A stretch of DNA of 64,000 nt from Phoronis australis (Eukaryota > Animalia > Phoronida). A program made the position numbers and the translations under genes. The notes under the pieces were generated by a model. That model did not search any database and was not told where the DNA came from. It saw nothing but the letters and a program-made list of their open reading frames with translations. The stretch covers positions 477,731-541,730 of the forward strand of contig NMRA01000117.1 of the NCBI GenBank assembly GCA_002633005.1, written 5' to 3'. Position 1 is the first letter of the stretch. Every line of letters starts with the position of its first letter. Below, one piece after another: positions 38,930-50,685 of the stretch.

Positions 38930-40668
38930 AAAATTAAGCTGATTTTCATTAAAATTCATTTTGTACTGATTTTTCATGAAGATGGAACAAAAGGGTGCGT
39001 ATCTTTCTGGAAGGTGCCAATGCTTCATTTAACTTAAAAAATGAACTTCACTTGCAAGTTGCAGTATATCTTTACAAACTGTAAGATTGAAATACACTGC
39101 AATTGACCAAAAATTCAAAATCCAATAATGTGGTATGAATTATTGATCAATATTCCATTTTTGTCCTCTTTCCTGTCTTAATGGACGTGGAATGACAATT
39201 TGATGTATTTCGTTTTCGCGGTGCTCACGCACATTGTTTAAAATGTTCGTTGTTCATTGTAAACGGATTTTTACTTCCATGTTTCAAAGGGTCGTAGGTG
39301 GCCAGGTGAGGAATTTGTTGACGCAGATCCAGAATTTGATGAAGAAAAAATTGTCTGTTGAATTGACAACATTTCTTTGGTGGAAGTCGATGGAAACTTT
39401 ACCAGAATTGAGGTCCGCTTTTGTTCTACTTTGTCCCTTTATTTGCCTCACAATACCTACTTTACCATACTTTTTGTTAAGAAAATATCAGTTACCACCC
39501 TTCTCATACTCGTTCAGGTGAAACAGCTTGAAAACTTAAATTCATCACTTGATAGTCAAAATGGTCTAAGTACGGTATTTATAATTAGCGTTAGTGTCAT
39601 ATTCTACTGCCAGGTCAGGTGGTAGTGTCAATTTTTAAAAAGCTTATCTTTACTGCTATTTTGATCTGTTTTGCTCATTATGTTAGTAACAGGATTTTAA
39701 AATGTGTCTGTAAAAATGCCTGAGATGGCATTTACATCAATGATGACGCAACTCTTTTAGTGTCAACATTTTGCCATATTTTGCCTCCAAATTCACTAGT
39801 AAATTACACAAAAATGTGCAACTTTATACTCGGGAACATTTTACATTATTTTGAAAAGTACAATAAGGTAGAAAATGTCCACATAATATTGGCAGGTGAA
39901 AGTACTCTCAAAATCTTTTTTAAAGCTGCTACATCTCAGGGCCCACTGACAACATGCTCTTGTATTCGAAACACAAACGTACCTCAGTTGCATTGCCCTA
40001 AATATGTGCATATAGCTCACCACCAGTCAATATTTCCAGGTCAATAGTTGCTCATATTGATCCCTGCTATGGTAACAAATTATTCACATCGACTGTTGCT
40101 CAGGTAACCTCCATTTCATTCTTTTTATTTTGTGAAGTTCAGGGTATTTCATTGTGTTTTGATATTTTTCTGCTTACAAGCCAAAACTTTGCCCTGTGTA
40201 CCATGAGCACGTCATCGCACTCGAAAATCTTTTGGAGCCTTTTTATTGTCATCTAATTTTTAATGTCACATGTCTTTTTAAATAACCTTAAAATATAAAG
40301 CACTCAGTGAGTGAAGACTATTGTAGTGATTGTGTGATTGTTTTTTTTTTGATATTGCGAGTGTCTCCCAAAAGCTTTTTCTAAAATTTTTCCACAATTA
40401 TTCAGTTAAAAATTGGTACCTGACTGACTGACTGTTATCGAAAGCTCGAGCATACCCCAATCTGAGCCTCTTTCCATCAATTACTTTGGCCAAGTAATCA
40501 AATATTAAAACAATTATTGACATTCACACGCGATCATTATCTTGGTTTTCACCCAGACCCCAAGAGTCACAACTTTTGAGTCTGATAATGAACATACTGG
40601 CATTGGTGAAAGTCAATAATGATGTACAAAAATATCTTTTCAGGACCAGTGAAAAAGTGATCTCAATC

Positions 40669-42250
40669 ATGGCCGATCAGAGCGTAGACGAAAATGATGA
40701 TGGAGATGACAACTTGCCAACACCACCAGATGGCGGTTGGGGCTGGGTAGTGTGTGCTGCCTCGTTCATGGCTCACTTCATTGCTGATGGTGTTTCAGCG
40801 TCATTTGGTGTTCTGTACGTTGATTTGCTGGATTATTTTGGCCAAAGTAAAGGAGAAACTGCTTTGGTCGGTTCACTGTTTTATGGTGTTCCTCTGCTAG
40901 CGGGACCAGTTGCTGGTGCTCTGACAAACAAGTTTGGTTGTCGAATGGTAACAATCGCTGGTAGTTTGTTGACAGCTGTAGGATTTTTGGGGAGTTTTTT
41001 CTGCGATACATTTGGGTTGTTGTGCTTCTTTTTTGGCATTGTCTCTGGTTTGGGTCTTGCCTGTGTTTATGTTCCGGCCATTATAATTGTTTCCTTTTAC
41101 TTCGATAACAAGCGTTCCCTTGCTACTGGTATTGCTGTTTCTGGTTCTGGCACGGGTACATTTGTGTTCGCCCCATTTACTGAGTATTTGCTCAACTTGT
41201 ATGGGTGGAGAGGCACGGTCTTGATCACCAGTGGAATTGTCTTGAACATTGCCGTGTTTGGAGCTCTCTACAGACCACTTGAATTCTCAAGGCAGGACAA
41301 GAGGAGAAATTATGAGAGGTCTTTGGCAAAATTTTCCAAGCTCACACAGTCGACGGATGAGAATGAACGTGTAACAATAACGAATGGTGTTGGTCAGCGA
41401 CATGCTATGAGTCGTTCCTTGCAAGATTTTTCGACGTGCAGCAATAATAAAGGGACCGGTACAGATTTGAGAAAAGATGTTTTGTCCATTAATGGCTTGC
41501 GTCCACATGCCTCTTCAGCTAATGCCTTAGATAAGTCCAACCATGCAAGCTGTTATAGTATAAAGCCAGTGAATAACAAAGAGAATACAGCAGTGGAAAG
41601 TAAAATGACATTAGCACCTATAGAGCGAAAAGACATTTTTTATCGTGGGAGTGTTATACGACTGAATGTTCCGAAGTCTCTTGTAAAAAGTTGTCCGCAG
41701 CTGAACTCGCAATCAACAGGAGAAACTAAAGAGCCTCTCTGTGGCTGTATTCACAGAGTAACTCCAGATACCTTGAAGAGGATGTTAGATTATTCATTGT
41801 TTAAGAACGTTGTTTATGATCTGTTCTTTTTTTCTAGTGCTTTTCTTTATTTGTGGAGCGACACCCCTGGTACATACATAGTAGACCATGCTAAAACTTT
41901 GGGAGTTGTTACTACAGATGCATCGTTTTTGATTTCTATTATGGGCATTACGGGCACTATAGGTCAGATTAGCTATGGCTACATAGGTGACCTAAAGCAA
42001 GTCAACGCAATGCTGCTCTATAGCATTTCTTTAGTAACATGTGGTGCTGCTCTGGCCTTATTACAGTTTGCTCATCGTTACGAACTCGTGTGTTTGGTTT
42101 GTGTGGTATTTGAGTTCTGCCTCAGTGCTAACTATACCCTGGAGACAATTCTTATTGTTGAATTACTAGGATTAGACCAGCTGACCAATGCATATGGACT
42201 TATCATGTGTGGCCAAGGAATAGCAAGCTTATCGGGACCACCTATTGCAG
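40669..42250 (+). CDS. Monocarboxylate transporter family (SLC16/MCT-like, MFS), large coding exon
   Basis: PPDGGWGWVV SLC16 signature, multiple TM helices, YFDNKRSLATGIAVSGSG motif, long central loop and terminal GPPIAG. Acceptor CTTTTCAG| at 40643, ATG 40669, phase-1 donor GCAG|GTAAGT at 42250. Confidence 0.95.
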
Positions 42251-42526
42251 GTAAGTGGTAATAATGTGTTACCAAGTACGTGGATTTTTGTCACAATTCT
42301 GTTCATGTCGTTTTGCCAATTTGTTACAGCCTGCCTTCAAGACATAGCACTAGATAGACATTCTTTGAAGTTGTGCAGAACGATGACATTTTTGCCCCAT
42401 GTCATCTGCTTAGTTAGGAAACTCCTAAGGCGACTGAATATGGACAGAATGTGAATGCTTTCTTAAAGCTACACATAATGCTCACCTTGGCAAACCAGTT
42501 TTCGGCTTTGTTTTGGTATGGAACCC

Positions 42527-43793
42527 TTTTTATTATGCGCCCACATATTTATATGTGGACGCATTATGCTGTCATCTCTGTCCGTCCGTCCGTCCGNNNN
42601 NNNNNNNNNNNNNNNNNNNNNNNNNNNNNNNNNNNNNNNNNNNNNNNNNNNNNNNNNNNNNNNNNNNNNNNNNNNNNNNNNNNNNNNNNNNNNNNNNNNN
42701 NNNNNNNNNNNNNNNNNNNNNNNNNNNNNNNNNNNNNNNNNNNNNNNNNNNNNNNNNNNNNNNNNNNNNNNNNNNNNNNNNNNNNNNNNNNNNNNNNNNN
42801 NNNNNNNNNNNNNNNNNNNNNNNNNNNNNNNNNNNNNNNNNNNNNNNNNNNNNNNNNNNNNNNNNNNNNNNNNNNNNNNNNNNNNNNNNNNNNNNNNNNN
42901 NNNNNNNNNNNNNNNNNNNNNNNNNNNNNNNNNNNNNNNNNNNNNNNNNNNNNNNNNNNNNNNNNNNNNNNNNNNNNNNNNNNNNNNNNNNNNNNNNNNN
43001 NNNNNNNNNNNNNNNNNNNNNNNNNNNNNNNNNNNNNNNNNNNNNNNNNNNNNNNNNNNNNNNNNNNNNNNNNNNNNNNNNNNNNNNNNNNNNNNNNNNN
43101 NNNNNCGTCCACTCCTCTATCAACCAAACCGCTCAAAGGATGATTGTGAAAATTGGTGTGTATGTGCTTACTATATGGAAGACAGCTGACAATGATTTTC
43201 AGACGATTTGGACTTCTGTGGCGCCTCCTAGTGGCAGTTTTGTTTTTTTGCACCCATGGCTGTATCTCCCAAACCGTTTGCAGGATCTTTACTAAATTTA
43301 GCAAGTGTATTTATGTGATGTTGACAACGGACGATGACGACTTTAGGATGATTCTGACTACCGGTATGTCTCTAGTGGCAATTTTAGTATTTGCCTCTAG
43401 TGGCAATTTTGGTATTTTACATTGACCTCTGTATTTTCATAGGTCTTCAGGTGTATACTTTGTGTTACTTCGTGACTATGAAGGAAAAGTTCCAAGTAGA
43501 AATTTGTTTCTGGCATTCTAATGCTGTGCTCGTATGTTGGTAAATTTGTTTTTAATTCTTTCTGTGGTGCTTTAAGCAACTGGTGTATAGGATGTGCTTG
43601 TATTATGAAGATTACTCACATTTTGCCCCTAGCCTATTGAGGAGACAATGACCATGCCTTTCCATTTTGCAAAGTACAACATACTACATATATGCCCTCT
43701 ACTGGCCACTTTATGGTACCAATAAACAACCCTAGAAGGATACCGTATACGGTGCAATTGTGGGCGCATTTCAATGCTCTGCGTTGCTCTTGT
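42527..43793 (+). mobile_element. HINE/DINE-1-like element, copy 3 (assembly gap 42597-43105)
   Basis: Same 5' palindrome and (TCCG)n, 3' TGTGGGCGCAT plus hairpin. 43106-43793 is nearly identical to the 3' part of copy 2. Confidence 0.88.
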
Positions 43794-45970
43794 AGCATTT
43801 CTCATGTAGAAATCCTACCTTGACACCATCACCGGTTATGATTGAGCAACTCGACCGGTTTACGTTCCTCAAAATCTGCCGGCATTAACCATAAACACCA
43901 TCGCCTCAGGCTGCTGATTATATGTTAGTGTTCTCTAGATAATCAAACCCATCATAATAAACACACTGGGGATGACAACAGTTTTTTTAAATTTTGGCCA
44001 TGGAAGTTTTTAAATAGCATATTTGAATAGTTCATGAAAAGTACACGTGATTAGCTTTTTGAATTTTGAAAATCGGACAAGAAATGCTACTTATACTACC
44101 TGATCATTTGTGTAATGTTGCCATATTATGCTCCTCTTTAATTCTGCTGGGTGTGCAATATAGTTGGGCCAATTACCAAACTACCAGGCAGCAGTTGGAT
44201 TTTAAGGTATGCCGATTAGTGTTATGTACAATTCTTGGCATGTTATTATAAACTGTTAAAAACCACAAACCTGATTGAGTTTATTTTTGCTTCAAAAGAA
44301 AAAGCCATTTCTGCTAATCTATTTCAGCTTGAAGTTTGCTTTTTTGGCTTGACCTAAGTAGCCTTGCACCGGTCTTTAAGTTTATTTTTCTGTAATATAT
44401 ACAATACACAATCATTTGAGCATTGTGCCACATACCAATGTTTAATGAACAGCATAAATAACCACAAAATTAAAAAATGCTGAAAGGTCCATTGCTATAT
44501 AAATCTCTCTTCACATTACTCTCTGTCATGGCACCCCCTGTAGGGAAATGCGGCCCTGTGAAAGATTGTGATTGACGCCCAGAAATCGTGTGTGTCAGCA
44601 CCAATGTGCATGCCTTGATTTGAATGTTTGTAGTTAACATATTTTGTGGGAATGAGTCGAAAAAGTTTTGTAAATTGTATGTTTTGTTTGACATGTTGTT
44701 ACCCTGAGCGTCAGTCAGACAGCATGAACTTGTGCAAACGAAGTGCATCGATTTAGTCAGAATCCTCAAACTAGAAAGACATTTCTCAATTATAAATGGA
44801 GCACTATTCTTGTACAGTCGTAATGCATGAATATTATTTTCCAACCATGTTATTTTGTTCTGTAAAGCACACATGTGAAGTGTAGGTGGCACTAAGAATT
44901 TGTTCAACATTTTGCCATCAGTCGACACAGTTCGTATTTCTCTAGTTTTCCTCTATTTTGGATGTCTCCAGTCATGTAATATACTGAAGGCTTTAGACAT
45001 AGATGTTTTGGCATTTCTATTTCAGAATGACAGATACTTCTGTTGTATAAAAATGACAAAATGTAGCTTGACCTTTGAATTATGTTGAAGGAAAACTTTG
45101 GGCAGTATTTCCTGACTGATATGCTTATTTTACATTATTACAAGTTTTGTGTGAATGATCACAATGTTCAGTAAAACTCTTCAATTCGTGACCAAAATCA
45201 TGTGTCACATTGTCCCTTTTTATTTCTTCAAAGGCTTACTATGAAGCTGCAAATACCTCAAATGTTCCCATGTGTTTGGTGACAGCTGGTTGTCCTGAAA
45301 TTTGGCTGAATGAAATTTCACTTTTGCGCCATATTGCCTCTTAAAGAATTTCTGCTGTCGTTTGATGACAAAACCAACTAATGACATCAGTAAGTGAGCA
45401 AATTAAAGGTACACAGCCCGACTTTCCAACGATATAAGTTTCCACTTTCATGAAACATGGAATTGTTTAAAATATGCATCCCGTCCACTCACTCACAATA
45501 TGGTAGTCTCTCTTTGTAAATACAAGACAAGATACTGATATCACTACCAGAAAAAGTGATGAGCACAATCCCAAAATTTTAGCTACACAGACAAGTGCAA
45601 TTGATAAAGACACTTATTGACATTAGTAGAGACAACAGGACCCACACACATTATATACCTCAGTGTGGCTGATTAAGTTGGATGTCTGTGAGTGTTGTCA
45701 TCAGGAATGTTAAGATTATGTAAGACCTTACCAACTTGTCTGGTTATATAACCGAATATCTAAGAAACTATAGATTTTAAGTCCCTAAAAGTAAATATTT
45801 TCTTCAAATAGAAAACATGCAGAATTTGATTTTTTGACTATTTACCAATCTGCTATTAATTGGGTCACTGATGTGACCATGTCCTTTTAATAAAATTTAA
45901 CAAAAAAGACAGGTACGTCCAAAACAAAATCACAGTATCAATAACACAACCAAATTTTGTTCCACGTTAA

Positions 45971-47266
45971 AGGCGAAGTCAACCTTTTTTCATGTCACTT
46001 TTAGCCAAAATAAAGTTCGTTGATTATCCCAGACACATTTTTCACTTAATTACATCTTTTTGTAATTTGATTAATTTCTCGTCCTCTACTCGGGAAGTGA
46101 CGTTTTGGGAGGCAAGAGTTTCGCGCCAATTTCTTTTCATTATAGTCTGATTGTGAGAGCTGTTGAGACAGTCATTGTTCTACCTCGGTTGTGATAAGTT
46201 CGGTCGTCGTTTGCTTTTGTTTACAAGTCAGTCAACATGCCACTCATTATCGTCTCACACGCGCTTTGGGTACCTTGCGTCGCTTTCCGAAGGATGACAC
46301 ACTTCGCCGTACTTGGCTAGCTCGTTCATATGAAGAACGCAGCGCTACCCGTCCACGCAACGTACGAAGCAGTGGAGGGTTACCGAGTGCGTGGCATGCA
46401 TTTTCTACCGTCAGATTACGACAGAGATATGTACGCTGAATTGATGAAGGTCCCTGCGAAACAACGCCTGAAGAAGGGTACCATGCCGACGTTGTTGATT
46501 CCCGGCAGTGCCCCGTCGCCAATCCCGAGAAGTGCGTTTTTGAAGCGAGAAGCCTCGCGAGCTGTGGCCACTATATACAGTGACTGGAGGCACTTCATCT
46601 ACTGTCACCCGTGCCTCCATTGCGTGCAATTCCTGGAACTAGCAGTGATTCGCCCTGTGCTGTTGTCTCTAGCCTAGAGCCAGTAAGCAGCCCTGCAGCG
46701 ATGTTGAGTAGTGGGAGTGAATACAGGCCTAGTTTGACACCCAGTGAAGAGAACAGTTCGTCATCCATTGAACAGATCGGTGAACCTAAGTTTGATAAGT
46801 TTATTGTGGGCTTGTATTGGAGCTATTTAGAAGGTGCCAGGTGTGTGGCGAGGGAGTCACACGGCGGGATGTAAGTAGTTTGTGTGCTCAGATCACCCTC
46901 CAGTGGGAGTGTGTCGCAGGACACTCGGACAAGTGGGACAGTTCTTCCTTTGTACGGGAGACGATAATGAGTACACCCCAGTACGCAGCAACAGCGTGGC
47001 ATGTTGACTGACTCGTAAGCAAAAGCAAACGACGACCAAACTTATCACAACCGAGGTAGAACAATAACTGACTCGACTGCTCTCACAGTCAGACTATATG
47101 AAAAAAAATTGGCGCGAAATTCTTGCCACCCAAAACGTCACTTCCGGAGTAGACGACGAGTAATTAATTAAATTATGAAGAGCGTTAAGTAAGTGAAAAA
47201 TATGTGTGGGATAATCAACGAACCTTATTTTTGCTAAAAATGACATGAAAAAGGTTGCCTTCGCCT
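45971..47266 (+). mobile_element. Kolobok-family defective transposon with ~290-310-bp inverted arms, TTAA TSD and decayed THAP/transposase 5' region
   Basis: TTAA-AGGCGAAG..CTTCGCCT-TTAA. Inverted arms 45971-46256 and 46958-47266. THAP motifs LRRFPKDDTLRRTW, RVRGMHF and LKKGTMPTL, then KFIV..ELFRRCQVC..WECVAGH..WDS, spread over different frames. Confidence 0.85.
46237..46950 (+). pseudogene. Frameshifted THAP-domain/Kolobok transposase N-terminal remnant
   Basis: Pieces in ORFs 46191, 46330, 46611 and 46817. The first THAP CxxxxC is deleted, and the C of the RVC..HF motif reads R. Confidence 0.75.
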
Positions 47267-47642
47267 TTAATGTAGACCATGAAATCTCAATAATGCTGTT
47301 CCTGTTTTCTAAATTTTCATTTTGTTTTCATTTCCTGCAACTTATGAGTTATTTAAAAAAATCATTAAGGTTGTATTATTGATAGCCCCTCATGCAAAAG
47401 TAGATAATTTTAAAAAGAATTCCTAACATTGTTTTGAAGAACAGTGTACAAAGCGTGGTGCTTAAAAGTTTCATATGAAACCAATTTGCCATTTCTGAGA
47501 TATAATGTTACATTGTCCTATTCTTAATTTTTCTTCTTTCAGGCGTATAACTTCCCCCAAATTAATGTTAAACGTTGGGATCCTGTGATTACAGTCTGAA
47601 TTGGCCTTACTTGCACCTAATGTAGTCATTGTTTATCTACAG

Positions 47643-47839
47643 GTTTGTTGTGTGATGTGACCGGTACATACGCTGTATCCTTTACTGTTGCTGGTGTTGG
47701 CATCATTGTAGCTGGTGTAGTAGTATTCATCATGTACCTTATACTACGTGAGAGAAAGATGGCTAAAACCAAATGTAAACCAGGAACTGTCATTGAAGTT
47801 GTTCCTCCAGATGTTACTGAGAAAGACATATTTTTGTGA
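47643..47839 (+). CDS. SLC16/MCT-like transporter, last coding exon (TM12 and tail); protein ~592 aa
   Basis: Acceptor TTTATCTACAG| at 47642. G|GT completes Gly in phase 1, giving GLLCDVTGTYAVSFTVAG.., the typical MCT G.L.D.TG.Y...F..AG motif. Stop TGA at 47837-47839. Confidence 0.92.
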
Positions 47840-48159
47840 ACCAGTATTGAGTCATGTTACTGAAGTTAGTGTATCACTTCCCTGCAAACAATCTTTTGAT
47901 TGGTGAGTTTGATCATCTTATATTGGTCTAGGTGCTGTTGGTTGTATTTTATAATTGTAATGGATTAAAGTTCTTTTATTCCTTCTTATGAATTTCTGTC
48001 AAAACTATATTTTATCGGACTTTATTTATATCATCTTAGTACCGTAATTTACGGTGTTCAATTTGATTTCACAGCCTCTACAGTTTGCAACATTTATGTT
48101 AGGCATTTTGTCACCTACTTGTTCCAAGTTCATGTAGCAGTAGATTAATGTACTATAGC

Positions 48160-48455
48160 AGCACTGAAAAACGTGGAGGGGGCTATAGCCCCCAGCCCCC
48201 TGTGGTGCACTGCAGTGCTGTAGTGGTAAAATTAGTGGTAAGTAGGTGCCCAAAGCCCACCGTATCACCTTGAGCACTGAACATAACTCAGGGTGCATAG
48301 GCGCTACGTTCAGCTGCCAAAAGGTGATTGGCTACGCTTACATGCGCCTACGCCCCACTACAGCACTGGTGCACTGCCCATAGACCGTGGGCGGCGCTGG
48401 ACTGAAGAAAGTGGGGGGCTATAGCCCTCCAGCCCCCTATGGTGCGCCACCCATG
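48160..48455. mobile_element. Cluster of GC-rich mini-MITE units related to 12138-12283
   Basis: CGTGGGCGGCGC..GGGGGCTATAGCCCTCCAGCCCCCTATGGTGCGCCACCCATG, with a second GGCTATAGCCCCCAGCCCCC unit at ~48180. Confidence 0.55.
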
Positions 48456-49415
48456 AAATATGGTAATTGTTATGTTAATTTAGGTAAAAGTATACATTGT
48501 TTCTATTGGCATGTGTGTGCAAATATTACAACTTTATTATGTAATGTCATGGTAAACTTTCCAATTTAAGACATTGTCTGGCTGAGAAGTGAAATTTATT
48601 AATCACCTTTAATTTTCATGCAACATATGTAGCAAGAAATTAATTGCTTTTCCATGTCCAAGTTTTGTACCTCAGCTACCATCAGACATTCACAACAGTA
48701 TTGGAAGCACTTGAAAAATGAAAAAAGGGCAATCTTGGTAATTATTTTTGTCTGAAATTGGTGAGATTTTACCATAAAAGAAAAAAAAAATGTCCTTGAC
48801 GAGCATAGCAAAATCGTAAATTCGCAGAAGGTATGAATTAGAGGAATTGCTGTGTACAGGTTAAATCAGTATTAAACAGAATACCATTAATATGTCATAT
48901 GTTACAGATACTCATACACCATGTCTGCCATGATATCTTGTACAATAATAGACACCAGCATATCACTGATGCACACCTGAATAATTTTACTGAATACATA
49001 CAAAACACAACAAAATCTAATAACAAATGGGTTGTTTTTGCAAGTTGTTCTGGTGTGATCATAGACTATAATCTATGGTGTGATCTAGGTTTTCTTTGTT
49101 CACAGTGTCAGTTCTGGTGTGATCTAGGTTTTCTTTGTTCACAGTGTCAGCTTGGTCGAGTTCTTACTTGAATATGGCGACTGAACAAAAATGTTTTAGA
49201 ACCTCACAAGTCATCAGTGACCTCAATAGGTACACAACTTGTGATGCATGTTTAGATATTATTGTTATACAAAGGTGACCCTGCCATACAATTTTTACTA
49301 CTTGGTGATGTAATGGCATGTTGTTAGTGGCCTTTGTGGTTACTGTTTTCTGTTTTAATGCTATGTTTATTAAAATACTTTCTTCTGACATAGTTATCGC
49401 AATTATTGTTTTTGC

Positions 49416-50685
49416 TTTTTTATGTACCCACACATTTATATGTGGACGCATTATGCCGTCATCTACGTCCGTCCATCCGGGCGGCGTCCGCTGCTCTATC
49501 TCCAAATCCTTTAACATACGTTTATGAAATTTGGCGCATATGTTCCATTCATGAATGAGACGGCATGAGCGAACTTTCGGACAGATCCTACTACCGGTGT
49601 GCCCCCTAGTGGCAATTTTAGTTTTTTACGCTTACCTTTGTATCTTCAAAAGTCCTGAACAGATTTTCATGAAATTTGGCATGTAGGCACCTACTAGTGA
49701 GATGATGCTATCCTCCTGTTTTCGGATGGATTTGATGTAGTTTGCACCACCTATAAGCCATTTTTACTATTTTCAAGTCTGTTTTTTGCGTCCACCCCTC
49801 TATCAACCAAACCGCGCAAAGGATAATTGTGAAAATTGGCATGTATGTGCTTACTATAAAGAGGACGGTCAAGAATGATTTTCCGATTTCGACTACTGTG
49901 GCGCCTCCTAGTGGCAGTTTTGTTTTTGTTGCCTCTATGGCTGTATCTCCTACACCGTTCGCAGGATCTTTACTTAATTTATCAAGTGTATTTATGTGAT
50001 GTTGACTACGGATGACGACTTTCAAACAGATCTGACTATACTGCTGTGTCCCCTAGTGGAAATTTTAGTTTTTTATGTAACTCAGTATCTTCAAAAGTCC
50101 TCAACAGATTTTCATAAAATTTTAAATATAGGCATCTATTGGTGTGATGATGCTGTCTGCTTTTGGTTGGAATCGAGGTATTTTGCACCACCCAGTGGCC
50201 ACTTTTGATGTTTTCAAATCTTGTGTTTGGTGCCCATCCCTTTATCAACCAAATCATTTTAAAATTGGCATATATGTTCTCAGTGTGAAGACGACCTTTG
50301 ATGATGGTAACTGATTACTGTGGCGCCTCCTAGTGGTAGTTTTGTTTTGTGCCCATAGTTGTATCTCTTAAACCCACTGTATGATCTTCACTAAATTTAG
50401 TAAGTGTATTTATACGAAGATAACAACAGACGATGATGATTTTCAGGCGGCTCCAACAGACACGGTGCCCACTAGTGGCAATTTCATTTTATTCTGTTTT
50501 CCTTTGTTTCTTTAAGTTCCTTGGCAGATTTTTATGAAATATGGCATGTTCCTGTTTTTGGATGGATTGTATGTTTTTGCGCCATCTAGTTTCCATTTTT
50601 ATGATACAAATATTAAATAACCCTAAAGCACACCATTTGCAATGCATTCGTGGGTGCATTTCAACGCTCCGCGTTGCTCTTGTTT
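49416..50685 (+). mobile_element. HINE/DINE-1-like element, copy 4 (more diverged subfamily)
   Basis: Same 5' structure. About eight ~150-bp subunits decaying toward the 3' end. Ends GTGGGTGCAT-TT-CAACGC-TCC-GCGTTG-CTCTTGTTT. Lacks the unique 3' segment of copies 1-3. Confidence 0.85.

Noticed and set aside
40576-40668. N-terminal extension of the SLC16 ORF from a TTG start
   Set aside because: Non-ATG start lying upstream of a clear splice acceptor at 40643; likely intron and UTR, although an upstream coding exon cannot be excluded.
42451-43304. Long ORFs of 180-260 aa
   Set aside because: Artefacts of translating through the N gap inside a HINE copy.
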